From Sphingomonadales bacterium (GTDB lineage Bacteria; Pseudomonadota; Alphaproteobacteria; Sphingomonadales; Sphingomonadaceae): 64,000 nucleotides of DNA. How positions within the stretch are numbered: position 1 is the first letter of the stretch; each line of letters opens with the position of its first letter. Shown piece by piece: positions 31,267 through 41,679 of this stretch. The notes below the pieces were generated by a model. The model had not been told where the DNA came from and searched no databases. It was given only the letters and a program-made list of their open reading frames with translations. Made by a program: the position numbers and the translations under genes. The stretch covers positions 3,330 through 67,329 of the forward strand of contig JAXDPL010000077.1 of assembly GCA_034668385.1 (NCBI GenBank), given 5' to 3'.

Positions 31267-32417
31267 TTCGGCTCCTCGGCTGCTTCGAGCTGATAGGGAA
31301 TCTCGATGGTAACGCTAAAGCCCCCCTGGTTGTTCGATACCGTCTCGAAACGATGGTCGGCGCCATAGGCTTGCGACAGACGGTCGCGGATATTCGCCAG
31401 TCCGACGCCGGTCGACTGCTGCGCCTTGACCCAGACGTCCTCCGAGCCGGGCCCCGAGTCCTCGACGGTGATGATCACCCGGTCCGCCACCCGCCGCGCC
31501 GCCACCGCGATGTCGGCCCCCTCCTCCTGCGGGGTCACCGCATATTTGATCGCATTCTCGACCAGGGGCTGAAGCAGAAGCGAGGGAAGTCGCGCCTTGG
31601 ACGCCGCCGGATCGATGTCGAAGCGGGGCCGGAGGCGCTCCTCGAAGCGCATCTTCTCGATCTCGAGATAGAGCTTCAGGGTCTCGACCTCCTGGGCGAT
31701 CGTCACCTGGGCGGTCGGCTCGTTGATCAGGGTGTAGCGCAGGAACGAGGAGAGCCGCGACAGCATCGCATTGGCCTGCTCGGTCTGCTTCAGGAGGACG
31801 AGGGTCGAGATCGAGTTCAAGGTGTTGAACAGGAAATGAGGGTTCAGCTGGTAGCGGAGCATGGCGAGCTGGGCGTGGCTGGCCTGGCTCTCCAGCCGAA
31901 GCAGCCGGTCGCTCTGCTCCTCGAGCAGCAGATAATAGTTGATCGAATAATAGAGCGCCGACCAGGCGACGAGCAAAGAGAAGGTCAGGATGATCGAACC
32001 GAAGAACTGAACCCCCTGCGGGTGCGAGCCGGGGGCGAGGAAGGTCGCCCAGCTCCACGTCTCGATCGCCGAGAAGATCGCCGCGGCGAGCAGCACGATG
32101 ACGATCGAGAAGACCCAGGTGAGGATCGGCCGGATCCGGATCAGCCGGCGGTAGATCGCGGCCATCAAGAGGGTGACCGAGTAACCGGTGGCGGTCAGCA
32201 AAGCGGTGTGGAGGATCAGGCTCCAGCCCATCGCGTTGGCGAAGCCGGAGAGGGTGCGGAGCACGAAATAGCCGGCCCAGCCCGCCGACTGGAGGATCCA
32301 GAAGGCGCGGTTCTTGTCCTCGAAGAAAGGCTGGCGGCGGAGCCGGAAGGGCTGCCAGCCTTTCCCCGTCCCGCGCCGCGCCGGCGGCGCCGCGGCCTGT
32401 ATCGCGTTAGTGGACAC
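31263..32417 (-). CDS. LytS/AlgZ-type sensor histidine kinase (start uncertain)
   Basis: Four TM segments, QLNPHFLFNTLNSI, LQPLVENAIKY, GVGLANIRDRL. Confidence 0.92.
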   Translation of the reverse strand: MSTNAIQAAAPPARRGTGKGWQPFRLRRQPFFEDKNRAFWILQSAGWAGYFVLRTLSGFANAMGWSLILHTALLTATGYSVTLLMAAIYRRLIRIRPILTWVFSIVIVLLAAAIFSAIETWSWATFLAPGSHPQGVQFFGSIILTFSLLVAWSALYYSINYYLLLEEQSDRLLRLESQASHAQLAMLRYQLNPHFLFNTLNSISTLVLLKQTEQANAMLSRLSSFLRYTLINEPTAQVTIAQEVETLKLYLEIEKMRFEERLRPRFDIDPAASKARLPSLLLQPLVENAIKYAVTPQEEGADIAVAARRVADRVIITVEDSGPGSEDVWVKAQQSTGVGLANIRDRLSQAYGADHRFETVSNNQGGFSVTIEIPYQLEAAEEPK

Positions 32418-35217
32418 CGCCGGCCGCTTTAGCGGGAACGACGAGGATCGACCAGTCGCCCTCGTCGGCGACATATTTGGCGATCGCGGCGCGCACTTCC
32501 TCGGCGGTCAGGCTGCGATAGTCGGCGAGCAACGAGCGCACCTGCTCGATCAATTGCGGCTTCACGGACCAGCCCTCCATTGCGCCGACCCAATAGCCGT
32601 TCGTTCGCATCCGCCGCTCCAGGCCGGTGACGATCGGATTCTGGGCGCGGGCGAACTCGTCCGGCGCCGGCGCGTGGGCGGCGAGGTCGGCCACTGTCTC
32701 GCGCGCCAGGCGGAAGAAAAGGACGGCCTTGTCCGGAGTCAGCTCCGAGCCGGCGTAGAAGATGCCCCATTCCGGGAAGGTCTCGGACGAGCTGGCGCCG
32801 GCCTGCGGGCTGTAGCTCGCCCCCGCCTGGTCGCGCAGCTTCTCGAGCAGGCGCGCGGCGACGAGGTTGCCGCCGAGGCTCAGCGCCCGCCGCTCGCGCA
32901 GATGATCGAGGCCGCCGAGCGTCGACCAGCCGACCATGGCATAGGCCTGGCTGGCATCGCCGCGATGGTCGAACGTCGCCGGCGCCGCCGGCCGCGGCGG
33001 CCGGATGCCAAGGGCGACGCCCGCCATCGGCGGGCAGGACGGCAAGGCCGCGACCGTCTTCGCCATCGCCGCGACCGCCGTATCGAGGTCGACATCGCCG
33101 ACGATCACGGCCTCGATCTGCCCTTCCTTCAGCACCGGCGCGAAGAAGGCCTCGAAGGCGGCGGGGGTCAGCGCGGCGATGTCTGAGCGCTCGAGCGGCG
33201 CCCACCTCTTGTCGCCCTGGTGGGTGACGCCGCCGAACTCGCGGCCGATTCGGGAAGAGGCCGAGGAAAAGCTCAGGTCGAAATTCTCCAGAGCGCCCGC
33301 CTGGAAGCGCTCGACCAGGGCCGGGTCCCAGTGCGGCGCCACCAGCTTGGCGGCGAGCAGCCGAAGCTGGTCGCCGAGCTCGGTCGCGCTGGTCGTCCCG
33401 GTCAGCTCCCAGGCATCGTCGGCCATGTCGAAGCCGATCGTCATCCGCCGCCCGGTCAGCAGCCGCTCGAGGCCGTCCAGGTCGAGCGGCCCGATTCCGG
33501 TCGAGGCCAGCACCGGCGCCGCCCAAGCCGGCGTCTTGCGGTCGGCCGGAAGCCCGGAGCGGCCGGCGCCGAAGCGAAGCTCGACATTGACGCTGCCTTT
33601 CTCGAAATCGCTATGCTTGAACACGAGGCTGGAGCCGTTGGCGAAACGGACGATGGTGGCGTCGAGATCCTCGATCCGTTGCCGCGACACCTCGCGCCCG
33701 GGGGCGCCCGGGGCGGGAAGGTCGTCGAGGCTGACCCGCCGCTCGCCTTGCCGCGCCGCCGGAGCCGCTTTCTCCGCCGCCGCCAAGGCCTCGCCGAGTC
33801 CCTGGAGCGGCGCTGGCGAAAGCATGACGAGCCGCGGGCCCTCGCCGGCGAACATCGCCCGCATCTCGGCCTCGACCGCGTCCGGAGTCATTTGCGGCGC
33901 CAGCCGGTCAAACAAGGCAAGCATCGCCGGAGCCGCGGCGACAACGTCGTTGCGATCGACGGCGGTGACCAGGCTCGTCGCCTTTGCCTGCGAGAGCCGG
34001 GTCGGCTCGCCCTGCACCGCCGCCACCCAGTCGGTGCGCAGATTGCTGAGCTCCCGCTCGATCTCGGCCGGCGCGGGCGGCGCCTTCAGGGCATCGGCGA
34101 GGATCGCATAGGCCTGGTCGAGCGCCTCGCGCCACTTGCCCTCCTTGGCCATGACCTCGAGCCGGGTCGAATCGGCGATGTGGACCGAGCGCTCGCTTTC
34201 CACGCCGGCGTTGAGGAAGGCGGCGTCGCCGCCCCGCGCCTTGGCCTCGAGCCGGCGGTTGAGGATCCGGCGGGCGAGCGCCCGGGCGAGGTCGGTCCGC
34301 TCGCGGGCGACGGTCGGCGGAAGCGCGACAAAGGGCCGGGTCCAGCCCAAGGTGGCGAGGTAGGGCGAGCCGGGATAGGCGATGGCGGCGACCGGCGTGG
34401 CGACCTTGGCGGGGCGACCATAATCGGGCTCGCGCGGCGCCGGGCCGGTTCCCTTCCAGCCGCCGAAATGCGCGGCGATCAGCGCCTCCATCATCGCCGG
34501 GTCGGCGTCGCCGACCATGACCAGGGTCGCCCGCTCGGGCCGGTACCAGCGTTCGTAAAAGGCCTTGAGGCCGGCCGCGTTGGCCCCCTGGAGCGTCTCC
34601 GGCGTGCCGATCGTCTCGCGGTCGGCATATTTGGTTCCGGCGAAGAAGAGCGGCCGTATCGTGTCCCACAATTTGACGTCGAGCTCGCGCCGCAGGCCGC
34701 GCTCGGAGAGAACCACGCCGCGCTCCGCCTCGACGATGGCGGGATCGAATGTCGCCTTGTCGGTCATCTCGGCGAGGAGGGCGAGGCTGGTGTCGAGCGA
34801 GGCGCGGTCGGCGTGGGGCAGGTCGAGCATGAACACGGTCTGGGTCGCGTCGGTGGTGGCGTTGGTGTCGCTTCCGAAGCTGGCGCCGAGGCGCTGCCAG
34901 GTCTCGCGCACCTCGCCGTCGCCGAAATGCTCGGTGCCGCGGAACACCATATGCTCGATGAAATGCGCCCAGCCGCGCTCCGGTTGCGCCTCCATCAGCG
35001 ATCCCACGTCCATCCGAAGCCGCACCGACACCTGCCCGGCCGGGTTGGCGTTGCGGCGCACGGCGTAGCGCAGGCCGTTGGGCAGGGTGCCGAACGTCCA
35101 GCTCGGGTCCGGCGCGATGTCGGAGCCGCGATAGAGCCAGTGCGAATCTCCCTCCGCCCAGGCCGGCGCGGCGACGAGGAGGAGCAGGACGAGGGCGAGG
35201 CGGCGGAGAAGGAACAT
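32407..35217 (-). CDS. M16 family zinc metallopeptidase (PqqL-like), secreted
   Basis: Signal peptide, LPNGLRY, inverted zinc motif HFIEH, duplicated M16 halves. Confidence 0.92.
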   Translation of the reverse strand: MFLLRRLALVLLLLVAAPAWAEGDSHWLYRGSDIAPDPSWTFGTLPNGLRYAVRRNANPAGQVSVRLRMDVGSLMEAQPERGWAHFIEHMVFRGTEHFGDGEVRETWQRLGASFGSDTNATTDATQTVFMLDLPHADRASLDTSLALLAEMTDKATFDPAIVEAERGVVLSERGLRRELDVKLWDTIRPLFFAGTKYADRETIGTPETLQGANAAGLKAFYERWYRPERATLVMVGDADPAMMEALIAAHFGGWKGTGPAPREPDYGRPAKVATPVAAIAYPGSPYLATLGWTRPFVALPPTVARERTDLARALARRILNRRLEAKARGGDAAFLNAGVESERSVHIADSTRLEVMAKEGKWREALDQAYAILADALKAPPAPAEIERELSNLRTDWVAAVQGEPTRLSQAKATSLVTAVDRNDVVAAAPAMLALFDRLAPQMTPDAVEAEMRAMFAGEGPRLVMLSPAPLQGLGEALAAAEKAAPAARQGERRVSLDDLPAPGAPGREVSRQRIEDLDATIVRFANGSSLVFKHSDFEKGSVNVELRFGAGRSGLPADRKTPAWAAPVLASTGIGPLDLDGLERLLTGRRMTIGFDMADDAWELTGTTSATELGDQLRLLAAKLVAPHWDPALVERFQAGALENFDLSFSSASSRIGREFGGVTHQGDKRWAPLERSDIAALTPAAFEAFFAPVLKEGQIEAVIVGDVDLDTAVAAMAKTVAALPSCPPMAGVALGIRPPRPAAPATFDHRGDASQAYAMVGWSTLGGLDHLRERRALSLGGNLVAARLLEKLRDQAGASYSPQAGASSSETFPEWGIFYAGSELTPDKAVLFFRLARETVADLAAHAPAPDEFARAQNPIVTGLERRMRTNGYWVGAMEGWSVKPQLIEQVRSLLADYRSLTAEEVRAAIAKYVADEGDWSILVVPAKAAGGVH

Positions 35218-35246
35218 GGGGGTGAGTCCAAGGAAGGGAAGAATGT

Positions 35247-35371
35247 TCCTCCCCGGGAACGGGGAGGGGGACCATGCGAAGCATGGTGGAGGGGGCCCGC
35301 CGCCTCGCCGCACCGGACGTGGGCCCCCTCCACCGCTCTTCGAGCGGTCCCCCTCCGCGTTCCGGGGAGGA
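35247..35371. repeat. Family A variant palindromic repeat
   Basis: TCCTCCCCGGGAACGGGGAGGGGGACCATGCGAAGCATGGTGGAGGGG...GGTCCCCCTCCGCGTTCCGGGGAGGA. Confidence 0.88.
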
Positions 35372-35413
35372 GAAGTCAAGCCTCCCCGCCTTGACTCTCG
35401 CTGAAGGGAGAGG

Positions 35414-35428
35414 GAACATAATGCGAAC
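35414..35428 (+). promoter_or_regulatory. LexA (SOS) box, alphaproteobacterial type
   Basis: GAAC-ATAATGC-GAAC, matching the GAAC-N7-GAAC consensus, 18 nt upstream of imuA. Confidence 0.85.
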
Positions 35429-35446
35429 ATATGAGTCCGAGTCGCG

Positions 35447-36199
35447 ATGAGCCCGAATCCCGCCCTTCACCACCGGCTGGCCGCCTTGCGCGCCGAGGTG
35501 CGGGCGATCGAATCGGCCGGCCGCGGGGCAAGCGGCGGCGAATGCCTCGCCTTCGGGATCGAGTCGATCGATTCGCGGCTGGCCGGCGGCGGCCTCGCGG
35601 CGGCGGCCCTGCACGAGGCGGCGGGCGACCGGCCGGGCCTTCCCGACGAGGCCGCCGCCACCCTGTTCCTCGCCTCGCTCGCGGCGCGGCGGGAAGGGAT
35701 TGTGCTCTGGGCGTTCGCCCGCCGCGACCTGTTCGCCCCCGGCCTCCAGCAGGCGGGGCTCTCCCCGGAGCGGCTGCTCTACGCCGAATGCGGCCGCGAC
35801 GAGGAGGTGCTGGCGGTGATGGAGGAAGGGCTTCGCCACGGCGGCCTCGCCGCGGTGGTGGGCGAGGCGGCGCGGGTGACCATGGCCGCCACCCGCCGGC
35901 TCCAGCTCGCCGCCGAGGAGGGGGGAGTGATGGCGCTCCTGCTCAAGCGCCGCCGGCAGGCGGGGGAGGAGCCGCTCGGCCTTCCTTCCGCCGCCGTCAC
36001 CCGCTGGCGGATCGCCGCGGCGCCTTCCTCGCCTTTGCCGGCGGCGGGCGTCGGCCGCGCCCGCTGGCGCCTCGCCCTCGCCCGCCAGCGCGGCGGCGAG
36101 CCCCATCAATGGATCACGGAGGCCGCCGATGAGACGGGTCGCCTCGCTCTACCTGCCGGAGCTGAGCGTCGAGCGGGTGAGGAGAGAGAAGCGGCGTGA
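35447..36199 (+). CDS. imuA: ImuA (RecA-like mutagenesis protein)
   Basis: FG...IDSRL.GGGL..AALHE, DLFAPGL, MEEGLRH.GL.AVVGE, RRLQLAAE. Confidence 0.92.
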   Translation: MSPNPALHHRLAALRAEVRAIESAGRGASGGECLAFGIESIDSRLAGGGLAAAALHEAAGDRPGLPDEAAATLFLASLAARREGIVLWAFARRDLFAPGLQQAGLSPERLLYAECGRDEEVLAVMEEGLRHGGLAAVVGEAARVTMAATRRLQLAAEEGGVMALLLKRRRQAGEEPLGLPSAAVTRWRIAAAPSSPLPAAGVGRARWRLALARQRGGEPHQWITEAADETGRLALPAGAERRAGEEREAA

Positions 36200-37760
36200 A
36201 GGATCCTCCCCTGCATTTGCAGGGGAGGGGGACCATGCGCAGCATGGTGGAGGGGCTTCTTCTGGAAAGGAGGCCCCTCCACCGCGCTACGCGCGGTCCC
36301 CCTCCCCTCGAAATCGAGGGGAGGATCAGGCGCTCCTCCTCTCGCACCGCGTGGGAAACCGAATCCTCATCGCCGCCGCGTCGCCGGAGGCGCGGGCGCT
36401 GGGGCTGCGCGCCGGAATGGCGCTCGCCCAGGCGCGCGCGATGGTGCCGGACGTGGCGGTCGAGGAAGCGGATGTGGAGGCCGATTCCGTTCTGCTCGAA
36501 AGCCTCGCTCTGTTCGCCGCCCGCCGCTGGACTCCGCGCGCCGCCGTCTCGGCGCCCGACGGCCTGCTGCTCGACCTCGACGGAGTCGCCCATCTGTTCG
36601 GCGGCGAGGAGAGGATGGCGCGGCGGCTGATCGCCTTCTGCGCCCGTCTGGGCCTCACCGCCCGGATCGCGGTCGCCGGCACCGTCGGCGCCGCCCACGC
36701 CCTCGTCCGCTACGGACCCCGGCCCCTGATCCTCTGCCCGCCGGGCGGCGAGGCGGAGGCGCTGGCGCCGCTGCCGCTCGCCTGCCTCCGCCTCGACGAC
36801 CGCGCCCTCGCCACCGCCCGCCGGGTCGGCCTGGCGCGCGTCGGGGACGTGCTGGCGATGCCGCGCGCGCCGCTCGGCCGCCGCCTCGGCCGCCTGTTCC
36901 TCGACCGGCTCGACCAGGCGCTCGGCCGTCTCGCCGAACCGGTCGAGCCGGTCGTTCCGAGCGACGCGCCCTTCGCCCTCCTCCGCTTCGCCGAGCCGAT
37001 CGTCACCGCCGAGGCGATCGCGGAGGCGCTCGGCGAATTGGTCCGCCGCCTGGTCGCCACGCTCGGCACGGCCGGCCTTGCCGCCCGCACCCTCACCCTG
37101 CGGTGCGAGCGGGTCGACGGCCGGGTCGAAGCGCAATCGATCGGCACCGCCCGCCCGACCCGCGATGCCGCCCACCTCGCCCGCCTGCTGGCGATGCGGA
37201 TCGAGCGAATCGAGCCGGGCTTCGGGATCGAGGCGATGCGCCTCGTCGCCGGCCGCTGCGAGCCGCTCCGCCCGCAGCCGGTCGAGGGGGCTCTGGCCGG
37301 CGAGCGGCCGGCGCCGGACCTCGCGCCTCTGGTCGACCGGCTGGCGACCCGGCTCGGCGGCCGCCGCCTGTTCCGCCTCGGCGCGCTCGAGAGCGACGTG
37401 CCCGAGCGAAGCGTCGCGCGCGCCGGGCCGCTCGATCCGGTCGCCCCCTGGCCGGCCTGGCCGCGGCCGGTCTGCCTCTTGTCGCCGCCCGAGCGGGTCG
37501 AGAATGTCGTCGCTTTGCTCCCCGATCTGCCGCCCCGCCGCTTCACCTGGCGCGGCCGCGCCTATCGGGTCGCCCGCGCCGACGGGCCCGAGCGGATCCA
37601 CGGCGAATGGTGGCGGCGAACGAGCGAGGCCGAGGCGGTGCGCGACTATTTCCAGGTCGAGGACGAGGACGGCGCCCGCTTCTGGCTCTACCGCCGCGGC
37701 GACGGCGTCGATCCGCGCACCGGCGATCTCAGCTGGTATCTGCACGGCGTGTTCGGGTGA
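36129..37760 (+). CDS. imuB: ImuB (inactive Y-family polymerase) with in-frame palindromic insertion
   Basis: MRRVASLYLP, GM.LAQARA, DGLLLD..GVAHLFGGE, GPERI.GEWW, RDYF.VED, WYLHGVF. Confidence 0.93.
   Translation: MRRVASLYLPELSVERVRREKRREGSSPAFAGEGDHAQHGGGASSGKEAPPPRYARSPSPRNRGEDQALLLSHRVGNRILIAAASPEARALGLRAGMALAQARAMVPDVAVEEADVEADSVLLESLALFAARRWTPRAAVSAPDGLLLDLDGVAHLFGGEERMARRLIAFCARLGLTARIAVAGTVGAAHALVRYGPRPLILCPPGGEAEALAPLPLACLRLDDRALATARRVGLARVGDVLAMPRAPLGRRLGRLFLDRLDQALGRLAEPVEPVVPSDAPFALLRFAEPIVTAEAIAEALGELVRRLVATLGTAGLAARTLTLRCERVDGRVEAQSIGTARPTRDAAHLARLLAMRIERIEPGFGIEAMRLVAGRCEPLRPQPVEGALAGERPAPDLAPLVDRLATRLGGRRLFRLGALESDVPERSVARAGPLDPVAPWPAWPRPVCLLSPPERVENVVALLPDLPPRRFTWRGRAYRVARADGPERIHGEWWRRTSEAEAVRDYFQVEDEDGARFWLYRRGDGVDPRTGDLSWYLHGVFG
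36202..36327. repeat. Family A repeat inside the imuB coding sequence
   Basis: 126 bp (42 codons) GATCCTCCCCTGC...CGAGGGGAGGATC, closely similar to the intergenic copy at 593. Confidence 0.9.
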
Positions 37761-37774
37761 GCGGGAGCGCGAAA

Positions 37775-37891
37775 ATCCTCCCCTCGATTTCGAGGGGAGG
37801 GGGACCATGCGAAGCATGGTGGAGGGGCCTCCTTTGGAAGAGCCCCTCGCGCTTCGCGCGGTCCCCCTCCCCTGCAAATGCAGGGGAGGAT
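37775..37891. repeat. Family A repeat between imuB and dnaE2
   Basis: ATCCTCCCCTCGATTTCGAGGGGAGG...CCCCTGCAAATGCAGGGGAGGAT, ending 2 nt before the dnaE2 GTG. Confidence 0.9.
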
Positions 37892-37893
37892 AG

Positions 37894-40800
37894 GTGACCT
37901 ACACCGAGCTCCATACCGCCACCCATTTCAGCTTCCTGCGCGGGGTCTCCAGCGCCGAGGAGCTGTTCGCGGCCGCCAAATTGCTCGGCTATGAGGCGTT
38001 GGGAATTACCGACCGCAACAGCGTCGGCGGCCTCGTCAAGGCGCTGAGGGCGTCGCAGGAGACCGGCGTGCGCCTCGTCGCGGGCTGCCGGCTCGACCTG
38101 ATGGACGGCGCCGCCCTGCTGGTCTGGCCGGAGGACCGCGCCGGCTGGTCGCGCCTCACCCGCCTGCTCACGCTGGGCAACCACCGCGCCGATCCGCAGA
38201 AGGGCGAGAAAGGCCAATGCTTTCTCCATTGGGAGGACGTCGCGGCCTGTTCGGACGGGCTGGTCGCCGCCCTGCTGCCGGACGAGGCCGATGCCGTCAC
38301 CGCCGCCGCGCTCGCCCAGATGCAGGGCATTTTCGGCGAGCGGGCGCACCTGGCGCTCAGCCTCCGCCGCCGCCCCGGCGACTCGGCCCGACTCCACGCC
38401 CTCGACGCGCTCGCCCGCCGCCACGGCGTCCGCGCGGTCGCCACCGGCGACATCCTCTACGACGGCCCCGACAAGCGCATGCTTCAGGACGTCGTCACCG
38501 CCATCCGCCACAAATGCACGATCGACGAACTGGGCTTCCGCCGCGAGCGCCATGCCGACCGCCATTTGAAGACGCCGGGCGAAATGGAGCGGCGTTTCGC
38601 GGCCTTCCCCGACGCGATCCAAGCCAGCGCCGACATCGCCGAGCGCTGCACCTTCTCGCTGCGCGAGCTCAGCTACCAATATCCGGACGAGATCGTGATG
38701 AGCGGCCGAAGCCCGCAGGAGGCGCTGGAGCGGCTGACCCGGGGCAAGATCGACGAGAAGATCCCCAGGGCGCTTCCCGAAGGCAAGAGCGAGACGGATT
38801 ATCGCGAGCTTCTGGAGCACGAGCTCCGGCTCATCGCACGCTGGGAATACGCCCCCTATTTCCTCACCGTAAACTCGATCGTCGCCTACGCCCGAAGCCA
38901 GAACATCCTCTGCCAGGGCCGAGGCTCGGCGGCCAATTCGATGGTCTGCTACGTGCTGGGCATCACCTCGATCGACCCGGTCAAGCACGGCCTCTTGTTC
39001 GAGCGCTTCCTGTCCGAGAACCGGGCCGAGCCGCCCGACATCGACGTCGATTTCGAGCACGACCGGCGCGAGGAGGTGATCCAGTGGATCTACAGCACCT
39101 ACGGCCATCGGCACGCCGCCCTGACCGCGGTGGTCAGCCGCTACCGCACCCGCGGCGCGGTGCGGGAGGTGGGCAAGGCTCTGGGCCTCAGCGAAGATAT
39201 GGTCGGCGCCCTCTCCGGCCAGGTCTGGGGCTGGTCGGAGGCAGGGCTGCCCGAGCGCCACGTCGAGGAGCTCGGCTTCGATCCCCGCGACCCACGGCTC
39301 GCCTTGACCCTGGAGCTCTCCCGCCAGCTGATCGGAACGCCCCGGCATCTGAGCACCCATCCCGGCGGCTTCGTCCTGACCCGCGACCGGCTGGACGAGC
39401 TGGTGCCGATCGCGCCCGCGGCGATGACCGACCGCTACATCATCGAATGGGAGAAGGACGATATCGAGGAGCTGAGCTTCATGAAGGTTGATGTTCTCGG
39501 CCTCGGCATGCTCGGCTGCATGCGCCGCGCCTTCGAGCTGCTCGCCGGGCACAAGGGCAAGCGCCTCGACCTCGCCTCGCCCGAGATGCAGGAGGATGAC
39601 GAGGCGACCTTCGACATGATCTGCCGGGCCGACACGATCGGCACCTTCCAGATCGAGAGCCGGGCGCAGATGAGCATGCTGCCGCGGCTGAGGCCGAGGG
39701 AATTCTACGACATCGTCATCCAGGTCGCCATCGTCCGGCCCGGCCCGATCCAGGGCGACATGGTCCACCCCTATCTCCGCCGGCGGGAGGGGAAGGAGAA
39801 AGAGGATTATCCGTCCGAGGCGCTTCGCGACGTGCTCAAGAAGACGCTCGGCGTGCCGCTCTTCCAGGAGCAGGCGATGAAGGTGGCGATCGTCGGCGCC
39901 GGCTTCACGCCCGCCGAGGCCGACGCGCTGCGCCGCTCGATGGCGACCTTCAAGTCGACCGGCGGAGTCGGCAAGTTCGAGGACAAGATGATCAACGGCA
40001 TGATCGCGCGCGGCTATACGCGCGACTTCGCCGAACGCACCTTCAAGCAGATCGAGGGCTTCGGCAGCTACGGCTTCCCGGAGAGCCACGCGGCGAGCTT
40101 CGCCAAGATCGCCTACGCCTCGTCCTGGATGAAGTGCCACCACCCGGACGTCTTCTGCGCGGCCCTGCTCAACGCCCAGCCGATGGGCTTCTACCAGCCC
40201 GCCCAGATCGTCCGCGACGCCCGCGATCACGGCGTCGAGGTGCGCCCGGTCTGCGTCAACGCGAGCCGCTGGGATTGCACGCTGGAGGAGGGAGGGGTCC
40301 TTCGATACGGCGTTTCGACAGGCTCAACGCCTACTCAGGATGAGCGGTTTGGACCGAACCCGCTCATCCTGAGTAGCGGACTGAGCGGAGCCGAAGGCCG
40401 CGTATCGAAGGACCTCCTTCCCCTCCGCCTCGGGCTTCGAATGGTGAAGGGCCTCGCCAACGCGCATGCGGCGCGGATCGTGGCGGCGCGGGGGGAGGCG
40501 CCTTACCAGTCGGTCGAGGACGTGTGGCGGCGCGCCGAGGTGCCGCCGGCGGCGCTGGAGAAGCTCGCCGACGCCGACGCCTTCGCCAGCCTCGGCCTGT
40601 CGCGGCGGGAGGCCTTGTGGCAGGTGCGCGGCCTCGGCGAGGCGCCGCTTCCCCTGTTCGCGGCGGCGGAAGCCCAGGCGCGCGAGCCGGAGGTGGCGCT
40701 GGCGAGGATGGCCGACGGACGCGAGGTGGTCGAGGATTATGGCGCCCTCAGCCTGTCGCTTCGCGCCCACCCGCTCGCCTTCCTGAGACCCGAGCTCGAG

Positions 40801-41247
40801 CGGCGGGGGGTCCGCCCCTGCGCCGACCTCGCCCGGGTCAGGGACGGGGCGCGGGTCGAGATGGCCGGCCTGGTCCTCATCCGCCAGCGGCCCGGCAAGG
40901 GCAACGTCACCTTCATCACCCTCGAGGACGAGACCGGAATCGCCAACGTCATCCTCTGGCAGCGTCGCTTCGAGGAGCAGAGGCGGGTGGTAATGGGCGC
41001 CGCCATGCTCGGCGTCAAAGGCGTCTTGCAGCGCGAGGGCGACGTCGTCCACGTCATCGCCGACCGGCTGGAGGATCTGGGCGGGCTGCTAAGCTCGGTC
41101 GGCGAGCGACAATTCCCGCACCTTTACGGCCCCGGCGACGGCGCCAAAGGCGCGGCCCCGGACCCGCGCGAAAGGAAGCGGAGGCGCGAGCCTGCGCTGG
41201 CGGAACCGCAAACCGCGATCCGCGTCAAAAGCCGGGATTTCCACTAA
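37894..41247 (+). CDS. dnaE2: Error-prone DNA polymerase DnaE2 (ImuC)
   Basis: [43 protein letters not shown]-like motif, C-terminal SRDFH. Confidence 0.97.
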   Translation: MTYTELHTATHFSFLRGVSSAEELFAAAKLLGYEALGITDRNSVGGLVKALRASQETGVRLVAGCRLDLMDGAALLVWPEDRAGWSRLTRLLTLGNHRADPQKGEKGQCFLHWEDVAACSDGLVAALLPDEADAVTAAALAQMQGIFGERAHLALSLRRRPGDSARLHALDALARRHGVRAVATGDILYDGPDKRMLQDVVTAIRHKCTIDELGFRRERHADRHLKTPGEMERRFAAFPDAIQASADIAERCTFSLRELSYQYPDEIVMSGRSPQEALERLTRGKIDEKIPRALPEGKSETDYRELLEHELRLIARWEYAPYFLTVNSIVAYARSQNILCQGRGSAANSMVCYVLGITSIDPVKHGLLFERFLSENRAEPPDIDVDFEHDRREEVIQWIYSTYGHRHAALTAVVSRYRTRGAVREVGKALGLSEDMVGALSGQVWGWSEAGLPERHVEELGFDPRDPRLALTLELSRQLIGTPRHLSTHPGGFVLTRDRLDELVPIAPAAMTDRYIIEWEKDDIEELSFMKVDVLGLGMLGCMRRAFELLAGHKGKRLDLASPEMQEDDEATFDMICRADTIGTFQIESRAQMSMLPRLRPREFYDIVIQVAIVRPGPIQGDMVHPYLRRREGKEKEDYPSEALRDVLKKTLGVPLFQEQAMKVAIVGAGFTPAEADALRRSMATFKSTGGVGKFEDKMINGMIARGYTRDFAERTFKQIEGFGSYGFPESHAASFAKIAYASSWMKCHHPDVFCAALLNAQPMGFYQPAQIVRDARDHGVEVRPVCVNASRWDCTLEEGGVLRYGVSTGSTPTQDERFGPNPLILSSGLSGAEGRVSKDLLPLRLGLRMVKGLANAHAARIVAARGEAPYQSVEDVWRRAEVPPAALEKLADADAFASLGLSRREALWQVRGLGEAPLPLFAAAEAQAREPEVALARMADGREVVEDYGALSLSLRAHPLAFLRPELERRGVRPCADLARVRDGARVEMAGLVLIRQRPGKGNVTFITLEDETGIANVILWQRRFEEQRRVVMGAAMLGVKGVLQREGDVVHVIADRLEDLGGLLSSVGERQFPHLYGPGDGAKGAAPDPRERKRRREPALAEPQTAIRVKSRDFH
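40296..40414. repeat. Palindromic element (family C) inside dnaE2
   Basis: 14-bp TIR GGTCCTTCGATACG/CGTATCGAAGGACC; inner 17-bp stem CTACTCAGGATGAGCGG/CCGCTCATCCTGAGTAG. Confidence 0.88.
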
Positions 41248-41268
41248 GCGGCGCGGGGCGCCGCGCGG

Positions 41269-41568
41269 TCAGAACTTCTGCTGGCGCTCGTAGAGGCTCT
41301 TGTAATGCTGGATGCGGGTGACCCGCAGGCCCGGCATCCCGGAGCGGTCGACCGCGCGCTGCCAGCCGGCGAATTCCTCGAGCGTCAGGCTGTAGCGGTC
41401 GCACGCTTCGTCGACCGAGAGCAGCCCCCCGTTCACGGCGGCCACCACTTCCGCCTTGCGGCGCACCACCCAGCGCGACGTCGACGGCGGCGGCAGCGAC
41501 TCGAGAGTCAGCGGCTCCCCCAGCGGGCCGATGACCTGGGCCGGCCTTATTTTCTGATTCTCGATCAT
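41269..41568 (-). CDS. sciP: CtrA inhibitor SciP (DUF1153)
   Basis: VIGPLGEPLT...LPP..T.RWVVRRKAEVVAAV.GGL; GLRVTRIQ.Y. Confidence 0.9.
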   Translation of the reverse strand: MIENQKIRPAQVIGPLGEPLTLESLPPPSTSRWVVRRKAEVVAAVNGGLLSVDEACDRYSLTLEEFAGWQRAVDRSGMPGLRVTRIQHYKSLYERQQKF

Positions 41569-41679
41569 TCCCGCCTCAAGCATGAGTGTCATTCGTGCGT
41601 CCTCGGCTCCCCGTTGACGAGCCTGTAGCGCCGGTCGTTGAAGGAAGGTTGAAACCGCAAGGTAAACGGCCCCTTCATC

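Noticed and set aside
35391-35422. Sigma70 promoter TTGACT...CATAAT for imuA
   Set aside because: The spacer is 20 nt, too long to call with confidence
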